Notes under the pieces: model-generated
The model's input: only the letters and a program-made list of their open reading frames with translations
Database searches by the model: none
What the model was told of the DNA's origin: nothing
Translations under genes and position numbers: made by a program
From: Paragordius varius
Taxonomy: Eukaryota; Animalia; Nematomorpha
Length of the DNA: 64,000 nucleotides
Direction of reading: 5' to 3'
NCBI GenBank assembly: GCA_964247055.1
Contig: OZ176054.1
Coordinates: 12,462,001 to 12,526,000 of the forward strand
Part shown: piece after piece, positions 12,487 to 24,196 of the stretch
How positions within the stretch are numbered: position 1 is the first letter of the stretch
Layout: each line of letters begins with the position of its first letter

Positions 12487-15400
12487 TCAAACAGCGCTAA
12501 AGAAAATATATTTACATTTAAAATATATGACATGCCAAAGGTTAAGGTAAAGGATACAAAGGTAACAACTGTAAAACACAATAGTTTTGATGAATGGCCA
12601 AAGGCTTGCATAAGATATTATTCCAATTGTAATGATATAAACACTAGCCTGGCCACAGGCCTGATAATAATAGAGTTCACGAAACGCCGCATATGTTATC
12701 ACATTTCGAAGTTTGAATATGTATGCCAAACATAAAATTAGTAAAATACCCTGATACAGTAATATAATTAACAGATATTCCCATTTCACCGGATACAATT
12801 TACAAAACAGTAAAACTTGGCTCTCCAACACATTTTTCAAATTGATTTTTTCATGGTAAATTGGATTAAGAGCGGAATTGTGTAAGAAGCAAAATAGTTC
12901 GATGATTATCTATTATGTAATATATATTATATAATATTGTGCAACTTAACTCTCCATTACCTTTTGGGGTAGTTTTATATCGCAAAACGATTTGAAATAT
13001 GAATACCTTAAATAGTATTTTAGGTATTAAACCGAATTTAAAAATATGCTTTTTAGCCATTTAAGCGCATTAAACAAATTTTTTTAAAAAAATGTAAAAT
13101 TGAAAAAAATCCTCATCTCAAAATTTTCTGCCGCCATCTTTTTTTATATGAATTGTTTTAAATCGCTACTGCAACAGTCAAATAAATGGATATTATGGTA
13201 GAATGTAAATAATTCTTTCAGGCTACAATTTATCATCAATAACTAGAAATATTTTTATTTTATTATCAGCTGTTTGTTTCAAACTTGTTTTGGAGCTGTC
13301 CCAATTTTAGACCCTAGAAGTCACAAAACTATAAAAAATAAGCTTTTTTAAATTCATGAGAACAATGTTTAATAATTGAATTTTAACTAAAATAACTTTC
13401 AAAACAATAATTTATATACAAAATTTGAGCTCTGGGATCTAAAACTACCCCAAAATGGAAACTAGGACAAAAAGGGGAAAATGAAGTGTTAAAGTGTCGA
13501 ACAAATGAAAATATAGTTTTTGATTCTACGGCTCCCCGCTCTGAGCTCAATGCGTTACGGGTGGGTAGGGATTGCCTTGACGGCAGGTGGCCGAAGATCT
13601 TCCGACGCTACACCCTTTACTTGTGGATTTTACAGCGCCATATTTAACTCACAAAAAATGACTCAAAATTTCAAAATCAAATATCATTAATTTATTATTT
13701 AGATAATCTAACTTTTGGATTTAGCCGAAAATAAGATCAATATAAATAATCTAAATTGCACACTAATTAATAAAACTTTCCAACGCTATCCGTTTATTTT
13801 TTAGTATTTAACGCTACGGATGCGTAACCCTTGACTATTAAAGCTTTCCTTTACTTAATATAGTATTAAAAACCATATTGATCATAAATTTGAAACATTA
13901 GCTAAAAATAAAACCCTTGATATTTGTTTAAAGGGTACAAACATTAGCATTGTTTTCAACGTTGGAACGGTTGCATTTGAATCTAATGCCGTTTGCAATT
14001 TTTCTTGCGAGATAACCGGGTTTTCTAAGGGTAAAATCGTCAAATAATTTTTTAAAACTAATCAAATTAAGTTTATTAAAACCATCGATTTAGGTTCAGA
14101 ATCCGTCTCTTGGTCAAGAAAATAACTGCTTCTAAAATATAGGATCTATAAAGCTATCCCCAAAAAGTAAAAGTATCGTGCGACTCATGGAAATAATTAA
14201 ATATTTTTGCACATAATGATAAGCTCTGTATGATATTTTCCATTTTTTAGCATGATTAACTCAAAAATATATTATAGGTTTTATATACCTGTGCGGAAAC
14301 AAAGGAGAAAACATGTAAGTATGCCGTGATTCGTTCCTTTTTATCATTGCGCATTTGGTACATGTTGGCTGATAACTTTGTAGTTAGCCATTTCGCCTTG
14401 AAAAAGTAGGATGTGAATATGAGGATAAAGGATAAAATAAAGCAAAATAGGGCGGCATCACAATTAGCTTTAAAAACTGAGCGTGTCATAAATACGGCTG
14501 ACATAAATCCAAACCCGATCCCAGCTAAATTGAGGTTTAACAGGAGACACATGTCAGATTTGAAAGCTATATTATCAAACCACATCATGTAAACTACTAA
14601 GAATAGGAAGAATACGATTAGGCCAATATACGCCATTGCTTTAATTATTACCCCAATAGGTGTTGAGGGAAACGAAATTTTTGGCAAATTTACACACATA
14701 TTTTGTTCCTTACTGGCAATTTGCTTTGGCCCACAAGGGATACAAGGCACACTTACATTCGTACCCAAAATTTCTTTTATACCGTTACATCGTTTACATG
14801 TCCAACAGCACACCGAAGTGGACGGAATCTTAATTGTTGGGTATGGCAAATATTCACACGGCTCACTGCAACTCGAACTTGGTCGGTAAAGGTAATTGGA
14901 GGATTCGTTTGAATACCACCTCATATTATTTTGTGTAGGCATATTATAATAGTACACTACAGTGTCATTTTCCTTGTACTCGACGTACTGAAAATCGGCC
15001 TGCCTTGTAAATGATTTGTTTGCACTGTTAAACTCGGAAACATCAACGGTACGGTATGTTCCAGAAGTAATCTTAAACATACTTAGAGTCAAGTGAGCCT
15101 CCTCAATCCTTCGATCTAGAAATTTGATATGGTGCACATATCCTTCATAATTTATTTCATTGACATACATTTTCATTTTTAAAATGTTGTTTTTGGCGCA
15201 TTTAACTTTGGCTTCATATGATATGTCCGGTAGCTGCTGGCATTGATTAAGTACTAGGTTATAAAAAGAAAGTAATAAAATGTCAAAACTATCATCAATC
15301 ATAGCTGTCTGGTACATAAAGTATTCATTGAAAGAAACATCGAATCGACCACGTATAAAATTATGTATAAGCTGAGATTTATAGGAAAGGCCCCATTTCG

Positions 15401-18019
15401 TTGGCTCCCAATTTATTCCTGGTATGAAGGGATACGGTATCGAATTTACATTCATGGTTAAGGTTGAAAGGTATTGCCGGAGTTCTTCCCAAAATTGTTT
15501 TAGCCGACGATTGAACTGTCTAATGATTATTGTGTTAAGTGAGATATGACTCAAACCAAAAGCATTTATGGCAGTCGAACCGGGCCAAGAATCAACGGCA
15601 ATAAAAATTAAATTTGTAGACGCTACGCCATTCAAATTTTTTAGTAAAGTCATTATCGATAAATATTGAGGACGCCGGAGTAGCAAAACCACAATCCTAA
15701 CCTTATTTTGATTTAGTATAATCGGTAACAATTGATCAATGTATGTTTGACGGGCCATTAAAACTTCAGTTTCATTACTGGAGACACTGACATCCCTACT
15801 AACGCAGATATTTAGAGACGGGAGTATCTTTATTAACTTGGAATAAAAGAGTGTGAAATACGGGTCCGTACTATGTATCACATTTATAACGGTCCAATGA
15901 AATTTTGTAAGGAGCGTTGTAAGCGCCGATATAAATATGGATTGAGGCGGGTATAAAAGATAAGTGTAATTATATCTAATAAAAGTAGAAGATTAAAAAT
16001 AATATTTTTCACAATATTATATACGTAGTGTTCCGATTTTAGGGTCAAAAATGTTGTTTTTCCAAATTTTTACATATTACAGATAGTAAAATACATATAA
16101 GTTCCTGATTTAATAGGTAAAATGTAAAAATGCCAAGTATTTTTTTATCTTTCTCCATTAGATTTCACGTTATGTCTATGTAATTTCATTTTATTGCAAA
16201 ACATCCAAAATGAATCATATTTGGTGTGCAATCAACTAAAGGATAATTATTGTTTAAAACCGCTTAGTTTTGCAGCCTTGCCTACTAAATTTGCTTTAAA
16301 ACAAGATTTTTACCTAAGATAAATTTTTGGAATTAAAAGTTTGTCATAAAACCTATCCAAAATTTAAAATCAGAAGAAACTACTTTATTAACACAAAATT
16401 TGGCTGCGACAGAAATTCAGGATATAAATAATATCCTGAGCGGTACTCAGGATTTAGTGTGGTTGGCCTTTACGAGTAATTAAAGTTACTTACACTTTTG
16501 TGGCAAGTACTCCATATCAGAAAATGATTTGATCACATTTTTTAATAATTTTTTTTCGTGAAAGCTAAATGCTTCTTTCCAAAAATTATTACTCAAATAT
16601 ATCATGAACTACATATAAAATGAAAAACATTTTGTAAAATGATTTTTAAATATAAACTCCGAAAGTAGTCCCTAATTTTTTCGCTCTTCTGAAATGGGCT
16701 AATTCGATGAAAATAAACCCCTAAATGCTTTGAGAATGCGCGTTAAACTTTTCCAGCCCATAAATGATTTACAACGATAATTTTTAATATATGCTAATAT
16801 TTTTTTAAAAAAGCATACTTTTTCAAAAATTCATCGCGCATGCTCAGGCATTTTTGCGTTACTATTAAGAGAACTAGCTCCTTTTAGAAGAGCGAAAAAA
16901 TTTGGGACTTTCGGCGCCCACATCTAAAAATTATTATTTTTTAATAGATTGTTTTGCCTTTTATAGATAGTTTAGAGATACTTTAGTGATATTTTAAAAG
17001 TCCGCATATTTTGCCATTTTCTGATATGAAACACTTATCACAATAACTTTAAATCACTCGCCAACACCAAAAGCACCAAAAATACCATTATATATTTCAA
17101 CAATTGTTTGTAAGTGTAATATAGTCGATTGCAGATGCGAAAAATTTTATAAACTGTTGTGCCTAAATATGTATGAGTTTTTTACACTATAAAATTAAGT
17201 AATCTAGAAATAGTCTACCTACTTAGTAATCGTAATAATAATTAAACATACATTTGTGTATGGTGTGTATAGTAAACGTTTGCAGTTGGGGACATTAAAA
17301 CAAATTTGTAATAGGATGACAGGGGAGCAATATAGAGCAACATATTGCTTGTTAGCGGGCCAACTATCCCAATCAGAGTTTTGTTAAGCGCAGAGACCAT
17401 GTGAATCATTTTAATAATTTCTTTCTATCAAAAAATATAAAGGGATTAACTGATGGATTTACAAGATTATTGCAAAATTTTTTACGATTTTTTCCTAGGT
17501 TACTTGGCTAAATTATTGGTAATTGGTTAAAAATTTATATACTTGAGAGCGCTCTGCTTGCCCACAGTTAGAAGTTATGAGGATACCAAGTTTTAGCGGT
17601 TCGTCCAACGATTGTAGTCCTTTCTCGGTCCGAAAAATCGATTGATTCTTTTTCTTATTGTTGTCTCGAGTGTCATTATATTTGCCTCCACCATACTTGC
17701 GTAAAAATGAGAAGATTAAACTGTAAGCTTGGACAAACATTTGATCAATGTCTTGCACTTTACCACAAATGGCTGTATTAGTAAAGAGGGATGGGACAGA
17801 ATGTTCCAGTAAAACTCCAATCACAAAATCGGCCTGTAAGAAAGGTACCAATTTTATAGCTGTTGGGTTTATTTGAGTCACAAATTTTGTTGCATTATTG
17901 GATATTTTATCAATTTTATCATTATTTTTGACGTCGTTTTGATCAAGAAGTTTTAACTTTTGATCAGATAAAATAGTTGGGAAACCTCTGAGCAAGAGAC
18001 ATAAGTATATAAGATACAT
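12487..18019 (-). CDS. Class C GPCR (metabotropic glutamate/CaSR-like; VFT + 9-Cys CRD + 7TM), ~919 aa
   Basis: Exons 18019-17543 (signal peptide MYLIYLCLLLRGF; ADFVIGVLLEH; LKLGILITSNC), 17424-17252 (LIGIVGPLTS), 15975-14289 (KFHWTVINV..Y; AVDSW; CRD C..C..CCWTCKRC..CIPC..C; TM1-4) and 12909-12487 (VLLFC, TM5-7) are phase-compatible. The C-terminus may continue into an extra exon (candidate donor at 12495). Confidence 0.85.
16640..16930. mobile_element. Foldback MITE in GPCR intron 2
   Basis: CCGAAAGTAGTCCCTAATTTTTTCGCTCTTCTGAAA (~16659) is mirrored by TTTTAGAAGAGCGAAAAAATTTGGGACTTTCGG (~16882-16914). Confidence 0.75.
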
Positions 18020-18045
18020 GTTGTTAAAATGGAAATCCAATGCTA

Positions 18046-18102
<57 letters not shown>

Positions 18103-18529
18103 TTTTATAAACCCTATAACCCAAATTAATCATTAATAAATTTATGCATCTAATTAATTACTAGAATCATAAATATTTTAATTAATATAAAACAAAAATG
18201 AATGATGTTTCTTTTCATCCCAAAAATGAAAATGTTAAATATTTTTCGCAAAATTTGTTAATCATTTATTCTAATTTATTAAACATTTTATATTGGTATT
18301 AAACGAAATTTAATTATTTTTAAGTGATTAATTTAAATAACTTGATAAATGATAAAAATAACTCAATATTTATTGATTAAAACGTTAAATTAAACTTTAT
18401 AAAAAATTCAAAAAATGTGGCTATAAGTAACAAAACAAATACCAAAATAGTTTCCAAACAGCTGATGATGACTTATTGCACTGTACGCTAATAACTTTTT
18501 TAAATAAGTTTGTAATAAAATTTACTATA

Positions 18530-18950
18530 TCTCTCCCAAACCCTTTCGAATATGCCGTTTAGAACACATTCAGGACCTATTGACCACTTGTCTGATACAG
18601 TTTCAGGGGTATATTATCTTCACCACTACTTTTTCCGAATTAAATCTGCCTCAATGACCATTCGTCTCAACCGAGAACATTATAGTTACACACTAACTGA
18701 TACCGAACAATGAAAAGAAGTCACCACAACTTTTAGGATGCACTGATTCACAGTGCGTGACTAAGGCTAGCTTTTCGGCTCATTTGCACCACCCATTCCC
18801 AACAAATTGTTGCAATTGTTTACCAACGCATCAAAAATCTCAGATATACCTTATTGTTGTTCACCAGACAGTGCTCCATTGTGTTCTTTGCTAGTCATTC
18901 TGACTTAAGACGGTAAATCTTGTGTTAATGATTTGTTGAAGGCTTAAGAT
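18530..18950 (-). mobile_element. Decayed RTE-clade non-LTR retrotransposon fragment (linker between endonuclease and RT)
   Basis: Minus-strand translation across frameshifts gives NGALSGEQ..FLMRW..NLL and RKSSGEDNIPLKLYQTSG, matching the RTE dG.ll..RW.EhF..lLN and KA.G.DgIP.E..k.gG motifs. Confidence 0.5.
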
Positions 18951-19215
18951 CAGTGGTGTCCAGCATGAATGGCTCCGCGGGCTGCTTTTTTGGAAAATAA
19001 ACGAATGGCCGCATATATGGGGGTCATAGTGGTAACTATGCTAATTTGAATGAACATTATATTAAATTTTTTTAAGCGCGCAACCAACATCCGTACTATA
19101 TAATTATATTAGCCTTGTAACCAACGTTTGTAGTATTATTAGATTAATCTCGTGTTAAGTTAGATCCTACTGTCGTAGACACAAACGCACCTATATAATT
19201 GTAAACACTTATAAC

Positions 19216-19887
19216 TAGGGTTGTGCATTTGACTGCTTTTTTAAAAAAGTCCGGTCAGACCCAGTCATGACCACCCTTTATTAAAGTAAGTATCATGCGA
19301 TATTGGATTGTAAAAATAATGTTCGAATTACACTTGTGTTTCACTAATAATGTCATGTTTTTCTTAAAAGTTTGTATTATACATTTTTTTGATATTTATT
19401 ATTTACAAATATTTTCAATCGAATTTAATCAAGAAAATGTTTTTAAATGAATTTTGCACATGTTTGTGTCCTTGTGAATCTTCAAATACATAGCTTTTAA
19501 TGGATATTTTAAATAAATTATTAAGTTTGTTTTACACTTTCTTTCATTATTAAAATATTGGTTCACGGAATAATTGCATATTTTAGAAAGTGCTTGATTG
19601 TTTTGTTTTTTTAAATAACTAGATATGCTTAAATGCTTAGTTATATGGAGGCATGTTCAATTTTTAATATATTGTTAAACAAGCATATTTGTATAATTAA
19701 TTTTTATTTTTTAATAAATATATTAAAAAACAATAAAATGTTACTATCTCTCTTCCAAAAAAATTTACTAGCATTTTTTCAAAAAACAGCTGTTTTTTTA
19801 AATGACCATGGTCAAAAAATAAATAGTCACTGACCTGGTCATGACCCGGTCAATTGAACGGGTCTTGACTTGGTCAGCACAACCCTA
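19216..19887. mobile_element. 672-bp non-autonomous hAT element inserted in the 5' LTR of element 1
   Basis: Perfect 11-bp TIR TAGGGTTGTGC; 8-bp TSD CTTATAAC/CTCATAAC (19208-19215, 19888-19895); subterminal TGACC/GGTCA repeats. The 3' LTR shows the empty site (CTTATAAG-TCTTTGTG). Confidence 0.92.
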
Positions 19888-20036
19888 CTCATAACTCTTT
19901 GTGATACACCTAGTTAATGTTAATTGTAGCTTCAACCTAAATAGATAGTTAATTCTTGTATTATAATATCACAGACATGTTTCATTTTTGGTATTTAATA
20001 AATGTTTTCTGTGTAACATAACTTTACTTCTATCAT

Positions 20037-20045
20037 TGGCGCGGT
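20037..20045 (+). promoter_or_regulatory. Primer-binding site of element 1 (tRNA-Leu or tRNA-Ser type, degenerate)
   Basis: TGGCGCGGT starts 1 nt after the LTR end (TATCA). It resembles the tRNA-Leu PBS TGGCAGCGGT with one base lost, or a tRNA-Ser PBS TGGCGC. Confidence 0.55.
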
Positions 20046-23000
20046 AATGAAATTGGCAAAAAATTTTCTGGAAAGCTTTAATGAAAAGGAAATTTTGACC
20101 GATACGTTTTATACATTCAAATGCTAGGCAAAAGACATGACGGCAAACGACAACAATTGCAAGACGTTATTTCTCACTTACGCAGGAATGTCGGTCACAA
20201 AGAAATTCGAACAATTCCTTTTCCCGAATTCGCTTGATAATACCTCCTGGCCGGACATCATTGAAGCCGGCAGGAAAATTTACGAATCGAATAGGACAAA
20301 TATATTCCAGGCCAGATTCAATTTCGTAAAACTTCGTCGGAAAGAAAATAAAATATTTACGGAATTTCTTTTACGAGTCAAAACCGAAGCCGCAGAATGC
20401 AACTTCACTCTTGACATCGATGAAAAAATGCGCAACTTGTTCATTGCAGGTCTGGAAGTGGAAAAATTAGAACTAGATCTGTTTACTAGATTCCCCGATG
20501 CCATGTGGGGAATCGAAACTGTAACCCTAAAACAAGTGGTAGACATTGCCCTCAACTATAAAAAAGCACATCAACTAACAACGATGGCCAGATATTGCAG
20601 ACTACAGCTCGGAAATACTAAAACAAGTGTCAATTCTGCGGGTTAGGTCATGTACCCGGCAGATGCCCAGCTTGGGGCAAACAATGTTATAAATGCCAAG
20701 GCTGGAATCACTTCCAACCGTGCTGTAAAAGAAAAGGATTAGCAACGTTCAGCATGTCGAATCTGGATCCACCTCCAAGATAACAATAATAATAAATGGC
20801 AAGTCAATACGCTTGATTATAGACATAGGTTCAAGCGTATCTATAATTGATTGTAGAGCGAGGGAAAAAATTGGGGAGCCCGAGTTGCAACAAACAGGCC
20901 CAGATTTGCTATGGTGGACAAAGAATCAATTCCAAGGGTAGTTGTATGGTCACGGTACAATGCGATGGTGAAACAAAATCTTTGGCGTGTATGGTTGTAA
21001 GCGCCAAGAAGGCCCCAGCAATTCTTGGTTGGGATTGGCTACAGGAATTCCCGAATGCCATAAAACAGTTGATAAATTGTTGTAAATGTTTTAATATTAA
21101 TATATTTGAGGAAAATTCACTTGCTAATAAATTTAATTCACTTTTTTGTGAAAAGTTAAGGTGTTTCATTGAAACCCCTATCGAAATATTTTAAAAAAAT
21201 ACAAAACCAAAAATTTTTAAGTGTCGCCGCATCCCGATACCGTTAAAAGAAAAAGTCGACTCTGAAATTAAAAAACTTTTAGAAGCGGACATAATCAAAC
21301 CATTAGACTCTACGACTGAGAAACTAAACTGGGCTCCCTATTGTTTGTACAACAAATGCAAATGGTGCTTTAAATTGATTATCGTGTTACAATAAATTCA
21401 CATCTAGTAGATGACAGTCATTATATACCGACATTTGACGAATTAGTTTCCAAAATAGAATTAGGAGAATCATTTTCGGTAATCAAATTGAAAGACGCAT
21501 ATCTGCAATTGCCAATAGATCAAGAAAGTCAAAAGTTACTAACAATTACCACACCCCTAGGGTATTTTACATATAAAAGGCTTCCCTTTGGCCTAACAAG
21601 CGCCTTCTGCATTTTTCAAAGATTAATGGACAAGATTTTAGGTGACTTCCCAGGAACAGCTGTATATTTAGACGATATTTTAATATCAGGAAAAAACCGA
21701 AACGAACATAAAAGAAACTTAGAAAAGGTATTTAAGCGTTTAGACGAATCTGGTTTAAAATTAAGTAAAAGCAAACTAAAACTTTTTTAACCGTCTATAA
21801 GCTATTTGGGATATGTTATATCAAAAAACGGCATATCACCAGTGCCGATAAAGTTAAAGCCATTACAAGAGACTTCCCAAGACCCACTGACAAAACAACA
21901 CTCAATTCCTTCTTAGGCTTAATAAATTTTCACATACGATCCCTCCCAATATTGCATGGAAGTTTGACTATACTTCACGACCTAAGCAGTTATAAAAAAC
22001 CCTGGATATGGACCAAAAACCTCGAGGACTGATTTAACAGAGCCAAAAAAATAATATGTCATACTGTTAAACTAACTCCGTTCAACCCTGGGTTACCTAT
22101 AATAATCGAAACAGACGCCTCGAATAAAGGGCACGGAGCAGTGTTACTACAGACCACGCAGGAGGGCATAAATAAACCCATTGCCTACGCATGAAAGTGG
22201 TCTAAACCCAAAGAAAATTATTCAGTGATAGAAAAGGAATCACAAGCCATACTTTTCGCTTTAAAAAATTTAAAACGTTTATTACGGGGAAGAAGTTTGA
22301 ACTGCGTACTGATCACAAACCACTAATAAAGCTGTTTGGAAATAATCGTAAACTAGACCAAATAAATAGTTCCAAGCTACTACGTTGGATATATAAAGCT
22401 AGCGAATTTAATTACAATCTACGGTACATTAAAAGCCACGAAAACATTGCAGATTCATTGTCCCGCATGCCGACAGAACCACAACAACAAGACACAGAAA
22501 GCCTTCAAACAGCAGAACATGTAAGATTTGTCAATAGTAATATATTTAATATAAATCGTGACCATATTAGACGCCAGACCGAAACCGACCCTGTATTACA
22601 AGTAATAAGGGCACTAAGAACAAACAACTGGTCCAATAAAATATTACATCCATTCAACAGTTTTAGAAATGAAATTGAAAATACATACGGTTTATTATAT
22701 TGGCATTATAGATTAATAATTCCGGAATCTCAAAAAATAAATATCTTACATTTATTACACGTCGGACACCCCGGATCCAAAGCAATGTACGAATAAGCAA
22801 AACAAATAGTCTTTTGGCACCACATGGAAAGCGACATAAAAAAGTGGGTAGATACGTGTAAAAAGTGTCAAGAAAACCGTCCGATGCGAAAACTGAATTC
22901 CACACACAATTGGAACACGAATACAGCAATATGAAAGAGATTACATCTAGATATAGCAGGCCTGATACACAATTATTATTGGATAGTTCTTATCGAAAGT

Positions 23001-24196
23001 TATTCTTGATGGGTCGAAGTTAAACTATCGAAAATGATATCGACCAAAAATATCTTAGAATGTTTCAATCGATATGGATCTCCAAGAATGATAGTAACCG
23101 ACAATGCGTCTTTTTTACATCTGAGGAGCTTAAAAAAAATTCATGGAAACGGGAAACATTAAACATGTAACCTCAGTTCCCTATCATCCAAAAACTAACG
23201 GAATGGTGGAACGAGTGATATATACTCTCAAAACACATTATCTGTCAGCAGAAGACGATGACCCATCAAAAATAAGACGCTTTGCGGATACCGCACTGAC
23301 ATACACAGTGCTACAAATACATCTCCCGCTCAACTTTTCCTAAAACGTACCCTACCCAATCCAATCACATGGCTACAATATAAACAAACAGACTTCTTAG
23401 AGGATGTACAACCGAATCACGAATACCATGAAAACGAAAAAGTATATATAAAAAATGAACTAGCGAATGGTTGGCGAGAAGGAATTGTAACTAAACGACT
23501 CGGATTACTCTCATATGAAATACGAGATGATAACAAAATCATCCGAAAACACACCGACCAACTGAGACCTAGGGAAGGAGATGAAAGATTAATGGGTAAG
23601 ACAATTTCACCCGAAGAAACTCCACCATCGCATGACCTATATGTTAGGTACCCTACTGCCACGACCGAAGCCCCGACCTTACCTCCGCCCCAACCCTCGG
23701 AACCCATCATTGAGTTGCCATCCCAACAAACACCCACTATAGCACCTACCACTGACACTCATACAGAACGGCGTTACCCTACATGAATCCGACACCCACA
23801 TAGATATCAAGGACAGGGAAAGAGTGATGTTATGTTAGATCCTACTGTCGTAGACACCGCACCTATATAATTGCAAACACTTATAAGTCTTTGTGATACA
23901 CCTAGTTAATGTTAATTGTAGCTTCAAGCAAAATAGTTATTATATAATTCTTGTATTATAATATCACAGACATGTTTGATTTTTGGTATTTAATAAATGT
24001 TTTCTGTGTAATACTTTACTTCTATCACCTCGCAACCACGTTCCTAAAAATATTTCATAAAATTTTAAACATAAAACTGTAGAACTTTCTCTTTATCTTA
24101 ATTTTTGATAGTACATTGCCGAAATTCAGAAAAACGGATTTTTTTAAGAAAATTAATATCATTTAGATTAAATAAAATGTTTTATGATTTAGCGGG

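Larger units (their letters stand above)
19153..24027 (+). mobile_element. Decayed full-length Ty3/Gypsy LTR retrotransposon (Mag-like), element 1
   Basis: 5' LTR 19153-20035 (interrupted by a hAT element), 3' LTR 23828-24027 (TG..CA, ~200 bp). PBS TGGCGCGGT 20037-20045; PPT ~23810-23824; near-TSD TCTCG/CCTCG. Contains gag (20137), knuckle CYKCQGWNHFQPCC, protease LIIDIGSSVS, RT YLDD (21488 ORF), RNase H IETDAS and integrase H-H-CC and core, with many stops and frameshifts. Confidence 0.93.

Noticed and set aside
13820-14190. Open frames in GPCR intron 3 as a candidate TM4/ECL2 exon
   Set aside because: No phase-0 acceptor gives an open frame. Exon 3 splices cleanly to 12909, supplying TM4-ECL2.
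16990-17160. Exon-like GT-AG segment in GPCR intron 2
   Set aside because: All three frames contain stops, and exon 2 joins exon 3 directly in phase 2 with good family alignment.
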